A stretch of 64,000 bases of DNA from Octopus vulgaris (taxonomy: Eukaryota): assembly GCA_951406725.2 (NCBI GenBank), contig OX597833.1, forward strand, positions 7,626,001 to 7,690,000, given 5' to 3'. Both the position numbers and the translations under genes were made by a program. This document shows, one piece after another, positions 1 to 13,380 of this stretch (positions within the stretch are counted from its first letter, which is position 1; every line of letters begins with the position of its first letter). Under the pieces are notes generated by a model. It worked only from the letters and a program-made list of their open reading frames with translations. It was not told where the DNA came from and searched no databases.

Positions 1-188
1 TCAGATAAACTCGCAGAAAATCCATTTACCAAGACCTATAGCATTGCCACACACACAGCGCCTCACACACACATATACGCACACATACACAAACACACAC
101 ATATACGCACACAGTTCGCATATACACGCAGCCAGCGATACTCTCTCTTTCTCTCTCTTTCCCTCTGTTTCTGTCTTTCTCACTCTAT

Positions 189-224
<36 letters not shown>

Positions 225-513
225 CTCTCTCTCTCTCTCTCACACACACACAGCGTCTTACACGTGGTAGCATATACTTCCATACATTGATAATTACACA
301 CACAGACACAATATTTTACACACACACACATGCAGAATCACATATACACAGACAACGGTAAACACACTCAGTGTCTTATACGCACACAGACACACAGCAA
401 CACACACACACATAGTGAGAGACAGAGAGATTGTGGTGCTCACACATACACAGTCACAAATACACACATACGAAAGCACATATATGCACACGCAATCACT
501 CACACACACACAT

Positions 514-544
<31 letters not shown>

Positions 545-711
545 TTCTCCCTCTCTCTTTCTCTCTCTCTCTTTCTTTCTCTCTCTCTCTCTCTCTTTCT
601 CATTGTAGATTTCACAATCTTTTATTCTTATTTTTCCCCTCTCCCCATTTATTTGTTCTTCTGTTCAATCTCATCCACACTCCCTCTTTAATACTGCCTC
701 TCCCTCTGTGT

Positions 712-801
<90 letters not shown>

Positions 802-1160
802 GTGCCATGCATATGAACAACATCGGCAAACACATTCATTCCAATGCATACCACTGGCCCCTTTGAATTATCTCCCTTCACTCATTTTGTTCTTTGAATT
901 ATGCAAATTATCCTGTCCATAGATGGATACTGCTCCTTTATGTATAAGCCAAAGTCCCTTGGAGATAAGGTCGGGCAAGTGTCGTGCTGATGACGTGTGT
1001 TGGGGCAGAAACGTGTTCACCACTGTCCTCAGATCTCCAGACAAGAAACCTGTCACTTTCCTAAATGACGTTTAATTTGGGAGAAATTGTTAATTCTTGA
1101 GATTATCTCCCCTTCTCGTGTGGAGTTGGTCTTAATTGCCCGTTGGTAATTATGATTCCA

Positions 1161-1394
1161 TAAGGCGGTAAGCTGGCAGAAACGTTATCACGCCGGGTGA
1201 AATGCTAAGCGGTATTTCGTCTGCCGCTACGTTCTAAGTTCAAATTCCGCCGAGGTCGACTTTTCCTTTCATCCTTTCGGGGTCGATTAAATAAGTACCA
1301 GTTAAGCACTAGGGTCGATATAATCGACTTAATCCCTTTGTCTGTTCTTGTTTGTCCCCTCTGTGTTTGGCTCCTTGTGGCTAGTAAAGAAATA
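1161..1394 (+). mobile_element. SINE family 2 with 16-bp TSD
   Basis: GCTGGCAGAAACGTT...GTTCAAATTCCGCCGAGGTCGAC...; TSD GGTAATTATGATTCCA at 1145-1160 and 1395-1410. Confidence 0.9.
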
Positions 1395-1619
1395 GGTAAT
1401 TATGATTCCACCTCTAGCGGTGAAGATAAATTTGATAAATCAAGAATTTATACTTTATGGTATTTGATATACCTGTATTCGGAACTCCCAGCTTATTTTT
1501 TTAAAACAAAAGAAAGAGGCTAAAGAGCCGAACAAGCTCATATATATGATAGATAGGAGTCGAAACAGCGATCCGAGGACCGCGAATCCGCAGCCCTAAC
1601 CACTGGGCCATTGCGCTTC

Positions 1620-1689
<70 letters not shown>

Positions 1690-2001
1690 CTGTGTATGTG
1701 TGTGAGTTGCATTTTCTGTCCACTGATCTGATTATCTATCCCCAGCAATCTCATTCTCATCATTACCGTTAGTAATTACTAGAAATAACAGTCAATACCC
1801 CTTACAACATATTCAACTATCCAACAAAAAGATACAGTCTATTATGTTGTGCGGGGCGTTATTCCAAAACAATAGATGCTGTGGTCATTGCTGGATTGTC
1901 TATTTTACTCAGATAGTGTAGGGTTAAACAACAGCCATCTCTAGCACAATTACAACTGTTACTTGTACAACCGTTGTCGTAGTTGATGTTGTTGTTGTTG
2001 T

Positions 2002-2047
<46 letters not shown>

Positions 2048-2639
2048 GGTGGTGGTGATGGTGGTGGTGGTGACATCGTCGGTGTTATTGTAGGAAAGTG
2101 GCACTGAAGAATACAGGATATGGTTAGGGAGACCCACTGCAGCATCAAAAAACAGCCGCCGGCAGGGGGCGCTATTTCAGTTAATGGCGTTCTTGGCAAG
2201 TGGGGAAAGAAGAGGCAAGAAAGGAGGACGAGGAAAGAAAGAAAGAAGAAGAAGAAGGAGAAGAAGAAGAAGAAGAAGAAGAAGAAGAAGAAGAAGAAGA
2301 AGAAGAAGAAGAAGAAGAAGGGGAGGAGAGAGGAGCGGAGGAATGATTTCCAGTTAAAGAGTCAGTCAAGAACCACGTTTATGCGGAAGAATACGTATAA
2401 AATCCACCACCAAGTCAATGTGTGTGTGTGTGTGTATGAACACACATATACATATATGAATAGACATATATGTTTACTTAGGTACATACATACATCTGTA
2501 CGTACATACATACACATACACACACGGGCACACTATACACACTATAACACGTGTTCACATATTATGTTCAAATTAACAATGAACCTATTCAGTAATCTAT
2601 ACGACTGTTTGACAGACTATCTCCCTATCCATCCACCTA

Positions 2640-2949
<310 letters not shown>

Positions 2950-2950
<1 letters not shown>

Positions 2951-4068
2951 ATCAGGTCATCCTATAAGTTCAGTCCCATTTTACCTTTTTTTTAAATTGA
3001 ATGAAATTTAATAGTATTTTAGAATCTCTAATAGGATTTTAAAAAAATGTTATGCATTTGTTTAAATTTAAACTAATTAAATATTATTTTACAGAATAAT
3101 AGAATTAAAATTTCTTTGATTAAAACCCTTTCTAACATGGTAGTATCCAAAGCTCATTTAATGTACATAATGCTTTATGAGTAAAAAAAAAGGAAACTCT
3201 GCAGCCGAAGCGATTCGAAACATACACTCAGTTTATGGGAAAGAATGCTGGAATGAAAGAACTTGCAGAAGATGGTTTGCAAAATTCAGAAGTGGAGATT
3301 TCAGCCTTGAACATGAAGATCGAACAGGGCGTCCAGTTGAGTTTGATGATAAGCTCCTTGAGGCATTACTTGAAGAAAATTCTGTATTATTAGTTGAAGA
3401 ATTGGCAATAAAGCTTAGTTCAAACCATACAACTGTTCATCGTCATCTTCAACAACATGGAAAGGTTCCTAAACTTGGAAAATGTGTGCCTCATGAATTG
3501 TCCGAAACCAACTGCAAATCCCGAGTTGACATTTGCTCTTCTCTCCATTCTCGCGAACTCATCTCACCCTTTTTGGATAGACTTGTGACTGGTGATGAAA
3601 AATTGATCTTCTAGCGAAATGTTAAACGTCATAAACAGTGGCTTGGTAAAAGGGGAAAAGCCCAACCACAACCGAGAAGGAAACTTCATGGGGAATTGGT
3701 TCTTCTCTCTATCTGGTGGCATTGCAAAGGAGTAATTCACTTTGAATTGTTACCACCTAATGCAACAATCAATGCTCAAGTCTACTGTCAGCAATTAGAG
3801 CGTTTGAACCAAGCTTCGAAGAAAAAAGGACCCGCTTTAGTGAATCGAAAAGGAGTGATATTTCATCAGGACAATGCGCGATCCCACACTGCAAAGATCA
3901 CATCACAGAAGATCGAAGAGCTTGGTTGGGAAAAAATTCCTCATTAACTTTATTCTTCCGACTTTGTTCCTTCAGACTACCATTTGTTTCGTAGTTTACA
4001 GAATCATTTGGGAGACATAATTTTCGCAAGCCAGGAGGAAGTCGAAACTGACATTTCAGAGTTCTTCT
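2950..4068 (+). mobile_element. Mariner (DD34D) transposon, decayed transposase, 3'-truncated
   Basis: Motifs RRWFAKFRSGDFSLE, GRP, CVPHEL (WVPHEL), VTGDEK, LSIWW, FHQDNARSH and YSSDFVPSDYHLF, with stops and frameshifts. TIR-like start TATCAGGTCATCC at about 2950. Confidence 0.93.
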
Positions 4069-4368
4069 GGGGCATCCATTCTAATTCACAGATTTGCTGG
4101 AGCATCCACTCTGATTCATGGGGCTTGCACTTGCTGATAGCCATCTCCGTCCCCCGATAGGGGTGAGCAGTGATATGGTCCGGGGGTTTGGCGAGAAAGC
4201 CGGGGGTTTCCACTGCTGCAGGTTCGATCATAAACAAACCTGTCAGAGAGCGACCGATACTTTGGCAGTTTACCATTTTCGGCTTGAGGAGCAGCGGAAC
4301 CTGGGCTGGTAGCTGACAACACCAAGTTGCCATTGGAGAAGCATCCAAGATGAGGGGCCTATTACCAT

Positions 4369-4577
4369 TACTCTTTTACTCTTTTACTTGTTTCAGTCAT
4401 TTGACTGCGGCCATGCTGGAGCACCGCCTTTTAGTCGAGCAAATCGACCCCGGGACTTATTCTTTGTAAGCCCAGTACTTATTCTATCGGTCTCTTTTGC
4501 CGAACCGGTAAGCGATGGGGACGTAAACACACCAGCATCGGTTGCCAAGCAATGCTAGGGTGACAAACACAGACACA

Positions 4578-4641
<64 letters not shown>

Positions 4642-4797
4642 CGACAGGCTTCTTTCAGTTTCCGTCTACCAAATCCACTCATAAGGCATTGGTCGGCCCG
4701 GGGCTATAGCAGAAGACACTTGCCCAATGTGCCACGCAGTGGGACTGAACCCGGAACCATGTGGTTGGTTAGCAAGCTACTTACCACACAGCCACTC
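4369..4797 (-). mobile_element. tRNA-derived SINE family 1, full length
   Basis: Head TGGCTGTGTGG...GGTTCAGTCCC (A/B boxes), internal (TA)/(TG) tract, tail GGCGGTGCTCCAGCATGGCCGCAGTCAAATGACTGAAAC(AAGTAAAAGAGT)n; at least 12 copies in the window. Confidence 0.9.
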
Positions 4798-5130
4798 TCT
4801 CTTCTTTTTTTAAAACTGAGTTTTTTGTTTTTATTCTGTTGCGTTTGATCTTTTCCCTAACATTTCTACCGTTTTGTTTCCTATATGAACTGTAGATTCT
4901 ACGTTGATGATTCTGATGTTCAATGTCTTGTGTTGTAATGTTTTCTGTTGGTGAAATTGGTGTTGCTGAATGTATTGTACTGTAAGACTCGTGATGATGA
5001 TTGCGGTGTTGTTGACAGTCGTTAACCCTTATTAAGTCGTGTCTAGGAGGAGTCATTATACCAATATCATTAACACACGCACTGGTTCAATTCCACTTCT
5101 TTATTATTAGCCAACTAGTTAAATAGCCAT

Positions 5131-5897
5131 ATACAGGATACGATGGGTAAATTATCGCCATTTAATATTTTTAATTTCACGCATGCTTATTGTTTGATTT
5201 TAATTTTGTCGACTACATAGTATAGCAGGGTCAATTGGGCACCGTCTGTGAAACAAACAGAATCACGTAATTCACTCTGCCAGAAATTTAGAAACGACGT
5301 ACTGTACTGCTTGGCCGAATCTCCAATACGAACATTTCAGAGTGTTTGGGTGTCACTCTGAGGACAGTGCAAAGGATTCGGAAAGAGTTGGATGAGTATA
5401 ATGTGATTATGAAGGTGCGGCAGCTCAGAAAACTCACTCTGATTATTCTGATAAGAAAAGAACTCCTGAATTTGTTGGTGAGATCCAGGCCATGATTGAC
5501 AATGATCCCTCCAAGTCAACCAGGTCCATCGTCAGGAGACATGGGAGTGTGTGAGTTTCTTATTAGGCAGATAGTGCATGAAGACATTCGGTATTCCTCA
5601 CACAAAATGAGAAAGGGCCAATCTCTATCTCAAGCCATCAAGGAGAAGGAGAAAGTCCGCCCTACGAAGCTTTTGAACAAACTCAAGCAACTCCTTCAAC
5701 CGAAAATGCTTTGGTTTTTTCTTAGATGAGAAAAATTTCTGCCGGGATCAGATGGTGAACACACAGAACAACCATTGGCTTGCCGTGTCCCCAAAACATG
5801 TATCGAGAGTGATAAAAATCAAACATCCAGTCAGCATAATGGTGTTTGGAATGATCACCACTGATGGTGACATTATGCCTCCATGCATCTTCCCACA
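5131..5897 (+). mobile_element. Tc1/mariner-superfamily (maT/DD37D-like) transposase fragment
   Basis: Frameshifted WFF.DEKNFCRDQMVNTQNNHWLA...KHPVSIMVFGMITTDGDIMPP; begins with a TACAGG TIR-like end. Confidence 0.75.
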
Positions 5898-5988
5898 CGT
5901 AACTTAGCGGTTCGGCAAAAAAGATTTGCTCGACTAAAGGCGGTGCTCAAGCATGGCCGCAGTCAAATAACTAAAACAAGTAAAAGAG

Positions 5989-6500
<512 letters not shown>

Positions 6501-6648
6501 ATAATAAGTGTTTACGGAATACTCTGCCGCTTACATTGTAATTCAACGAGTCTGTAGTTCCGTTTATACAACAATTAGAACATTTAACATGAAAAAACCG
6601 ACTGATTATTTATTTACTTTGCCACCAGCTACCAGCACCACCCCTACG

Positions 6649-6679
<31 letters not shown>

Positions 6680-7170
6680 ACCCGTTAACCTCCACGACCC
6701 ATGATCCTCCACAACACTTCACGCCTGGTTAAATAAAAGAAAATGCTACGCTTCCTTGCTAATATGGCTTTGATATTATCCAAAGTGATATAAAAGTTGA
6801 TATTTTCACAGCAAACAAGATAAATGTTTTGACCTGACAAACCGTTTAGTCAAATAAATTTCAGGTTTTGTAAGTCGCCTTCTTGTAGTGCTTTTTTTGA
6901 CTACAGCATTGGTTTTGTTGTGGTTGCTGTTGTTGATGTTGCTATTATTATTATTATTATTATTAATATTATTATAGTAAGAATAGCCGTTTTATTCCCC
7001 ACCCTTCCTTTTACAAATCCACAAAACCTTTTCAACCGATGTATCTAGTGGTTCTCTCTATTTCTATCTATTTATCTCCCACCCTCTCTTTCTGTTTTTA
7101 TCAATCTCTGTCTCTCTGTCTGTCTGTCTCTGTCTCTGTCTCTCTGTCTCTCTGTCTCTCTGTCTCTCTG

Positions 7171-7227
<57 letters not shown>

Positions 7228-7535
7228 ATCTTTCTTTCTTTCTCTGCCTACGGAAAATAAAACACTGAGGCGACAACACTTTCAGCCATTTGTTTGCTTA
7301 AATTTAGCGGCAGAAAATCAAGCGGAATAAAACTGGAGACGGAAGTGAAAATAAACAATATGTCGGACAACATCTCGCTTCTGTCTTGAGATATTAATGC
7401 GTGCGTGCGCGCGTAATTGTATGTGTTTGTGTGTGTGCGTCTGCGATGTATGTTCGTAAGTGCATGTATGTGTATATTCGTTCACATAAACACATATATT
7501 TATTATGCATATATACATACGTTGTAAAGTACATA

Positions 7536-7850
7536 TGTGGCTTAGTGGTTAGGATATTCGGCCCACAATCGTAAGGTCGTGAGTTCGATTCCTGGAGGTG
7601 TGTTCCGTCCTTGAGCAAGAGACTTTATTTCCCATTGCTCTAATCCATTCAGCTGGCAAAAACGAGTTATACCAGTAATTCAAAGGGGACCAACCTTGTT
7701 ACATTTTGTGTCACGTTCAATCTCCCTGAGAACAATATTGAGGATTACGCGTGGCTGCGGAGTACTCAGCCACTTGCACGTTCATTTCCCGAGTTGGCTA
7801 TTCCATTGATCGGATCAACTAGAACACTCGTTGTAACAACCAGAATGTCA
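7536..7850 (+). mobile_element. tRNA-derived SINE family 3; related tRNA-like heads at 44648-44750 (+) and 1555-1620 (-)
   Basis: TGGCTTAGTGGTTAGG...GAGTTCGATTCC followed by CCTTGAGCAAG. Confidence 0.7.
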
Positions 7851-7865
7851 GAATATATGCAGTAT

Positions 7866-8020
7866 ATGCGAGGCCTGATCAATACGTATCTCGACTATTG
7901 CCATAGTAACGAAGCTAAAGCACGCAGAATGGCCATTTTGTACCAAGCGGTTTCATTCTGCGTGCTTTCGCTTCGTTACTATGGCAACTGTGCGAATACT
8001 TCTTCAACAGGCTTCGAATA
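7866..8020. mobile_element. Palindromic MITE with mariner-like ends
   Basis: 34-bp core arms 7898-7931 and 7954-7987 (1 mismatch), looser pairing to the ends, TA context; an extra solo end at 8231-8260. Confidence 0.75.
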
Positions 8021-8036
8021 TATGCGCATGTGAATT

Positions 8037-8095
<59 letters not shown>

Positions 8096-8429
8096 AAACA
8101 AGAAAACACAGAAAAAAACACAGCAACGCGAGGACGTGGAACAATTAAAGTATTATTTGATGCTCAGGAAAGAAAGGAAGGAGACAATGTGTGTATGTAT
8201 ATACATAAATAAAGATGTATCACACGCATATATTCGAGGGCTGATCAAGAAGTATTCGCATATATATATATATAAGAAGAAATTTTATTCCGAAATATCA
8301 GATCAGACTCTGGATGACTAAATTACAACAAATATATAGGCAATTGTTTGTATTATAGTGCATTGTTGTACCATTCAAAACCTTATATTCTTTACAAACA
8401 ATACACAATGCTTCAAGCGAACTACAATA

Positions 8430-8499
<70 letters not shown>

Positions 8500-8564
8500 T
8501 AGATAAACTTAGATATGTTTCGACCAAAGATTGGTCCAGGCCATGTCTAACTTAATAGCACCAC

Positions 8565-8610
<46 letters not shown>

Positions 8611-8679
8611 GACTGCGTGTTTACCGTTGGCGATTTTTTTCCCTCTGTCTTCCCTTCTCTGGATCTTTCCTTCTCCTAT

Positions 8680-8714
8680 GTTTCCGACGAAGAGCTCCGC
8701 TCGAAACGTTAAAC
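8680..8714 (+). ncRNA. Minimal type-I hammerhead-like motif in a PLE terminal fragment (about 8590-8812)
   Basis: GTTT-CCGACGA-A-GAGC-tcc-GCTC-GAAA-CG-TT-AAAC (stem I GTTT/AAAC, palindromic stem III); U4 is changed to C. Confidence 0.6.
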
Positions 8715-8817
8715 CCTCCTCCTTTCCTTCTTTCCTGAGTGTCCAATAATACTATATTTGTTCCACGTCCTCGCGTTGTTGTGTTTTTTGTGTTTTCTTG
8801 TTTGGATTAACTATATA

Positions 8818-8901
<84 letters not shown>

Positions 8902-9459
8902 GGTCCCGGGTTGATTCGGGGTTAACCACAGTAAATAAGGTACTCAATACATAGCAGAGTAAAATTAATTTATTATATAGAAGGAGCTTACAGGACTAGA
9001 ACTGTTTCATTCAAGAGAAATCTTCAGGAAGTATGTATGACCATGTATGTATTTGTGTGTGCAGAGAGCGAATTGACACAGTGTTTAACGCTATGTTCTT
9101 TTCGGTACGCTACGCTCTACGTTTGATAAATATAGATCAACTCAGGGGGGCGACAGGGAGATGGCAGGATTTTTAGACTGCCATATAGGACTGCCTTGTC
9201 TCTTTTTACTCGTGATAATTCTACCTAGGGTTTCAATTGTTGCCGCCGTCCAGGATCGATCACGTAACTACGATCGATCATGAAAGCTGCAATGGGTGCA
9301 GGAGGAGGAGGAGGAGGAAAATGAGGGTAGCCGTCTGTAACCGAATGACTATGGTCATAATGAGGGGGACGATGACGACGACAATGGCGACGACGATAAC
9401 GATGCCAACAATAATAACAGTGGCGACAACAGTGACGATGAAAATAGTGATGATGACGA

Positions 9460-9461
9460 AT

Positions 9462-9495
<34 letters not shown>

Positions 9496-9623
9496 CGATG
9501 ATGACGACGATGATGATGATGATGACGACGACGATGATGATGATGACGATGATGATGATGATGACGATGATGATGATGATGACGATGATGATGATGATGA
9601 TGATGACGACGACGATGATGATA

Positions 9624-9660
<37 letters not shown>

Positions 9661-9673
9661 CGACGACGACGAC

Positions 9674-9709
<36 letters not shown>

Positions 9710-9725
9710 GATGATGAAGATGATA
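9460..9725. repeat. (GAT/GAC)n microsatellite
   Basis: Read directly from the sequence. Confidence 0.95.
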
Positions 9726-9819
9726 TGCGTATGTTCGTCAGCGTACGTGCTTTTAAACATGGCTGAGTCTGTGTGAACATGATTGTGTGTACCTATGTAT
9801 TTATGTGTGTGTATATGTA

Positions 9820-9907
<88 letters not shown>

Positions 9908-10099
9908 TGTCAGGCACCGCTCGTTAAGACAAAGTTTAATTTCGTCTGATGTCTTCAGTTTCAATAGAAACTCAGCCATTTTTGTTCTGTCTGCTGATAT
10001 CTGACCTCAAATGTCTTGACTAATCCATGTCAAAGTTCATACATGTCATTATATACATTATTTACAATTGACGGATATTTGTCCTCATCTTGTTCCTTG

Positions 10100-10134
10100 T
10101 TCGGCTGATATAACCTCCAGCCTTCATCAGGTGT
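10100..10134 (-). ncRNA. Hammerhead ribozyme core remnant (PLE-associated)
   Basis: ACAC-CTGATGA-A-GGCTG-gaggttatat-CAGCC-GAA; stem III and the cleavage site appear deleted after GAA. Confidence 0.6.
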
Positions 10135-10159
10135 CTTAGGGAAATTGATTATTATTATT

Positions 10160-10230
<71 letters not shown>

Positions 10231-10254
10231 TATCATCATCATCATTATTATTCT

Positions 10255-10327
10255 GGTCACTGCCTGGAATCGAACTCGGAATCTTAGGTTTAGTATCCCC
10301 TGCTCTTAACCACTACACCATATGCCC
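10255..10327 (-). other. tRNA-like sequence (73 nt, Pol III A/B boxes) inside the PLE 3' region; not a functional tRNA
   Basis: GGGCATATGGTGTAGTGGTTAAGAGC...GAGTTCGATTCCAGGCAGTGACC, with A box TGGTGTAGTGG, B box GTTCGATTCC and an imperfect acceptor stem. Confidence 0.75.
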
Positions 10328-11479
10328 GTGGACAATTATGGCAATTATGGAGTGAATTTTTAGGGCTTATAAATTTAATATTCTCCTATCTTTCCTTCAT
10401 ATCCGCACCCGGTCTGCTTAGGAGGTTGTTGTGTCCTAGCATACGTGCTGCTTCTTTTAGTTTTCGTATTTTCCAATGGTGTTCTCTGTCTATTACTTTA
10501 ACTTCATCCCACAGGGGGAGAAGATCTCCATTTTTCCATACATGATCATTCCTTCATGGTGGGTATCACGATCGCTACTTATATTCATTGCTCGATGTTT
10601 TAGGCCCTGAGCAATCCCTCTCTTTACACTGTATGGATGGTGGGAGTTGAAGTTGAGGTATCGTCCAGTGAAGGTCGGCTTGCGGTATACGGATGTCCTG
10701 CATCCATACTTGGTGCTTGTTATTAATACGTCTAGGAATGCTAGCTGATTGTCTTTTTCTTTTTCCCTTGTCTACTGTATGGATGGCTTTATTGAGTTCA
10801 CATGATCTAACAACACTTGGACATCTTCCTGGTGGGGCCAGAGTATGAAGGTGTCATCAACATATCGCAGCCATAGGGTTGGTTTTAGTGGTGTTGATCC
10901 TAAAGCCAAATTCTCAAAGTATTCCATGTATATATTGGCTATTATCGGTGATAATGGCAAACCCATAGCTAAACCCTCTTCCTGTCGATATATATCAATG
11001 TCCATACTGAAGTACGCAGTTTCTACACAGAAGGTCAACATTTCCATCAAGTTTCTTATTGGTATACTAGTGCGTTCTTTTAGTTTTTCTTGAATCGCCG
11101 ATAGTGCTTCACCAGTTGGGACTTTGGTGAACAGACTTATCTCATCTAGACTCACCATCTGGTTGGATTCAATGGGGGTATCCTTGATCAATTCTGTGAA
11201 GAGGGTGGAATTCTTCACGTTCGATGTTGAGACTTTCCTGCTAATGGACTGATTATATATGATGGGCTTCTTTCAGTCTCCCTCAACCAAATCTACTAAC
11301 AAGGCTTTGGTCGGTCCGAGGCTATAGTAGAAGAGACTTGCCCAAGGTACCACGCAGTGGGACTGAACCCGGAACCGTGTGGTATAGAAGCAAGCTTATT
11401 ATCACACACAGACGCGCGCGTACACACACATTCACACACACAGACACTCACACATACTCACACACACAGACACTCACAC

Positions 11480-11650
11480 ACGCAATGCAGCCAAATCGCC
11501 CTCAAATTATGCAGTAGCATCTTTAAAAAAATATTAGATAAATTAGTTGAGTGCTAGAAGGAAAAAAAAAGATGGGATGATCGAGGCTGGAATGTCTTGG
11601 ATCACGTAAGTCTGCTGGCGCCGGACTGACCCAGGGTTAAATAGCAATAA
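11480..11650 (+). mobile_element. Old dispersed SINE-like family 4; diverged copies on the opposite strand at about 12820-12925, 29830-30040 and 54810-55010
   Basis: Shared blocks TTTAACCC(C/T)AGGT, ATCAAAGGCGTTCCA and GCT..TATTTCTAGCA. Confidence 0.55.
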
Positions 11651-12037
11651 TGAAATGCAGCACTGGAATGTGAACCAACCATCTATTGGTTCGCAACGAA
11701 CAGATTGTGAATCTCTATTCGAACTGAACTTATATCAGCCTCCACTCAACCGCTATTGTATGGGGTGGGGGTGGGGGGGAGTGCCCGAGGGTAAGAAACT
11801 GCTATGTATGGGGGTGACCAAGAAGACTGTATATGGATGATGGAATGGCTAGAAATTGTAGTCAATCCCAGAATTTTCTTTAAAAGAGGAAGGGCGCATT
11901 GTATAATAATAGTCTCAGGTGTAAAAAAGAAAAAAGACGAGATGGTCAGATTTGGAACACACTAAGTTACAGATACGGCATCCTCCAATCAGAGCTTCCA
12001 CAACAACAACAACAACAAGAACAACAAGAACAACAAG

Positions 12038-12110
<73 letters not shown>

Positions 12111-12159
12111 GCAGCAACAATCAGAAAAAGTAATCAATTTCATTCCTGACGTTTTGAAA

Positions 12160-12350
12160 TTTGACCTGACCCTGACACTGCCCCCTGACCCTTGAACCAT
12201 CCCCGACCACACCCCCTCTCCGTCGGGGAGGGGGAAGAGAGATTGGTTTCTACTTCGCAGCCGAATTCTTAACTATTTCTGTCTTGTAAAATATTGCATT
12301 GGAATTTAGAAGTTCAGCTCAATGATGACCTCACTGGGTCAAAGGTCAGT
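12160..12350. promoter_or_regulatory. Nuclear-receptor half-site / DR1 cluster, candidate enhancer
   Basis: GGGTCA-A-AGGTCA (12336-12348), TGACCC-T-TGAACC (12186-12198), TGACCT (12162, 12326) and TGACCC (12167). Confidence 0.4.
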
Positions 12351-12954
12351 CGTTGTAGTAGTAATGTGTGGGTTGTAGTAGGGGAGTGATGGTGGTGGTG
12401 GTGGTGGTGCTGGCGGTGGTAGTGGCGACGGTGGTGGTTGTGGTGGTCTAGTTAACATTATAGGGATGAGGATGATAAAGATGGTGAAGAGGGGAGGAGG
12501 AGGAGGAGAGTGGTAGTGGTGGTGGTGGGGTAAAAGTAGTGATGACAATTGTATTGATAATAGTGATGGTGGTGGTGGTGGTGGTGGTGGTAGTGGTGGT
12601 GGGTGGAGATGGTGAAAACGGTGGTATTGATGATAATAGTGGCGGCAGCAGTGGTTGTAGTTGTGATGATGGCTGCGGAAGTGGTGGTGGTGGTAGTGGT
12701 GGTGGTAGTGGTGGTGGTGGTGGTGGTGGTGGTGGCGGTAGTGGTGGTGGTGATTGGTGTTGGTGGATATGCCCCAGTTAATCTCTTGATTAAATTGATA
12801 CAAGATTAAAGTCAGTGACATGAGAGAGATTTAGCTGCTATTTCTAACATATCGAATGAATACTTAAAAGGAGCCTCGACATCTCTCCTTATGGCTGTTT
12901 GTTTTTTAGCCCCAGGTCTGTCAGTATTTACTCAATACATACATATATATACAC

Positions 12955-13016
<62 letters not shown>

Positions 13017-13314
13017 GGCACAAGAGAGGCTGTGTAGTGTGAACTTTGCTTCCCAACCATATTGGTTCTGGGTTCACTTCCACTGCGTGGCACCTTGGCC
13101 TAGTGTCTTCTACTATAGCCTCGGGCTATAAATATACGGGACCGCTGAAATCTACAGGCTTTTTTATCAATTTATTTCTATTTATTCCTTTAAAGAGCGT
13201 AAGCTCGAAACGTAAAAAGGTTTTAAGACCTTTTCATTTTTCCCGAACGTTAACCCCAGACGCTTGCTTGTTGTTTACACAGCTGCCTTCTTCTTTTGTT
13301 TTTCTATAAATTTC

Positions 13315-13378
<64 letters not shown>

Positions 13379-13380
<2 letters not shown>

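Larger units (their letters stand above)
10040..11255 (-). mobile_element. Penelope-like retroelement (PLE): 5'-truncated RT, internal deletion, GIY-YIG C-terminus, 3' region with tRNA-like sequence and hammerhead core
   Basis: VSLDEISLFTKVP, GLAMGLPLSPIIANIYME, WLRYVDDTF, LAFLDVLI, SVYRKPTFTGRYLNFNSHHP; then HVW...WDEVKVIDREHHWKIRKLKEA...LLSRPG. In-frame stop at about 10772. Confidence 0.92.

Noticed and set aside
1555-1620. Possible tRNA genes (also 7536-7595 and 44648-44690)
   Set aside because: A/B boxes are present but the cloverleaf stems are broken; these are SINE heads.
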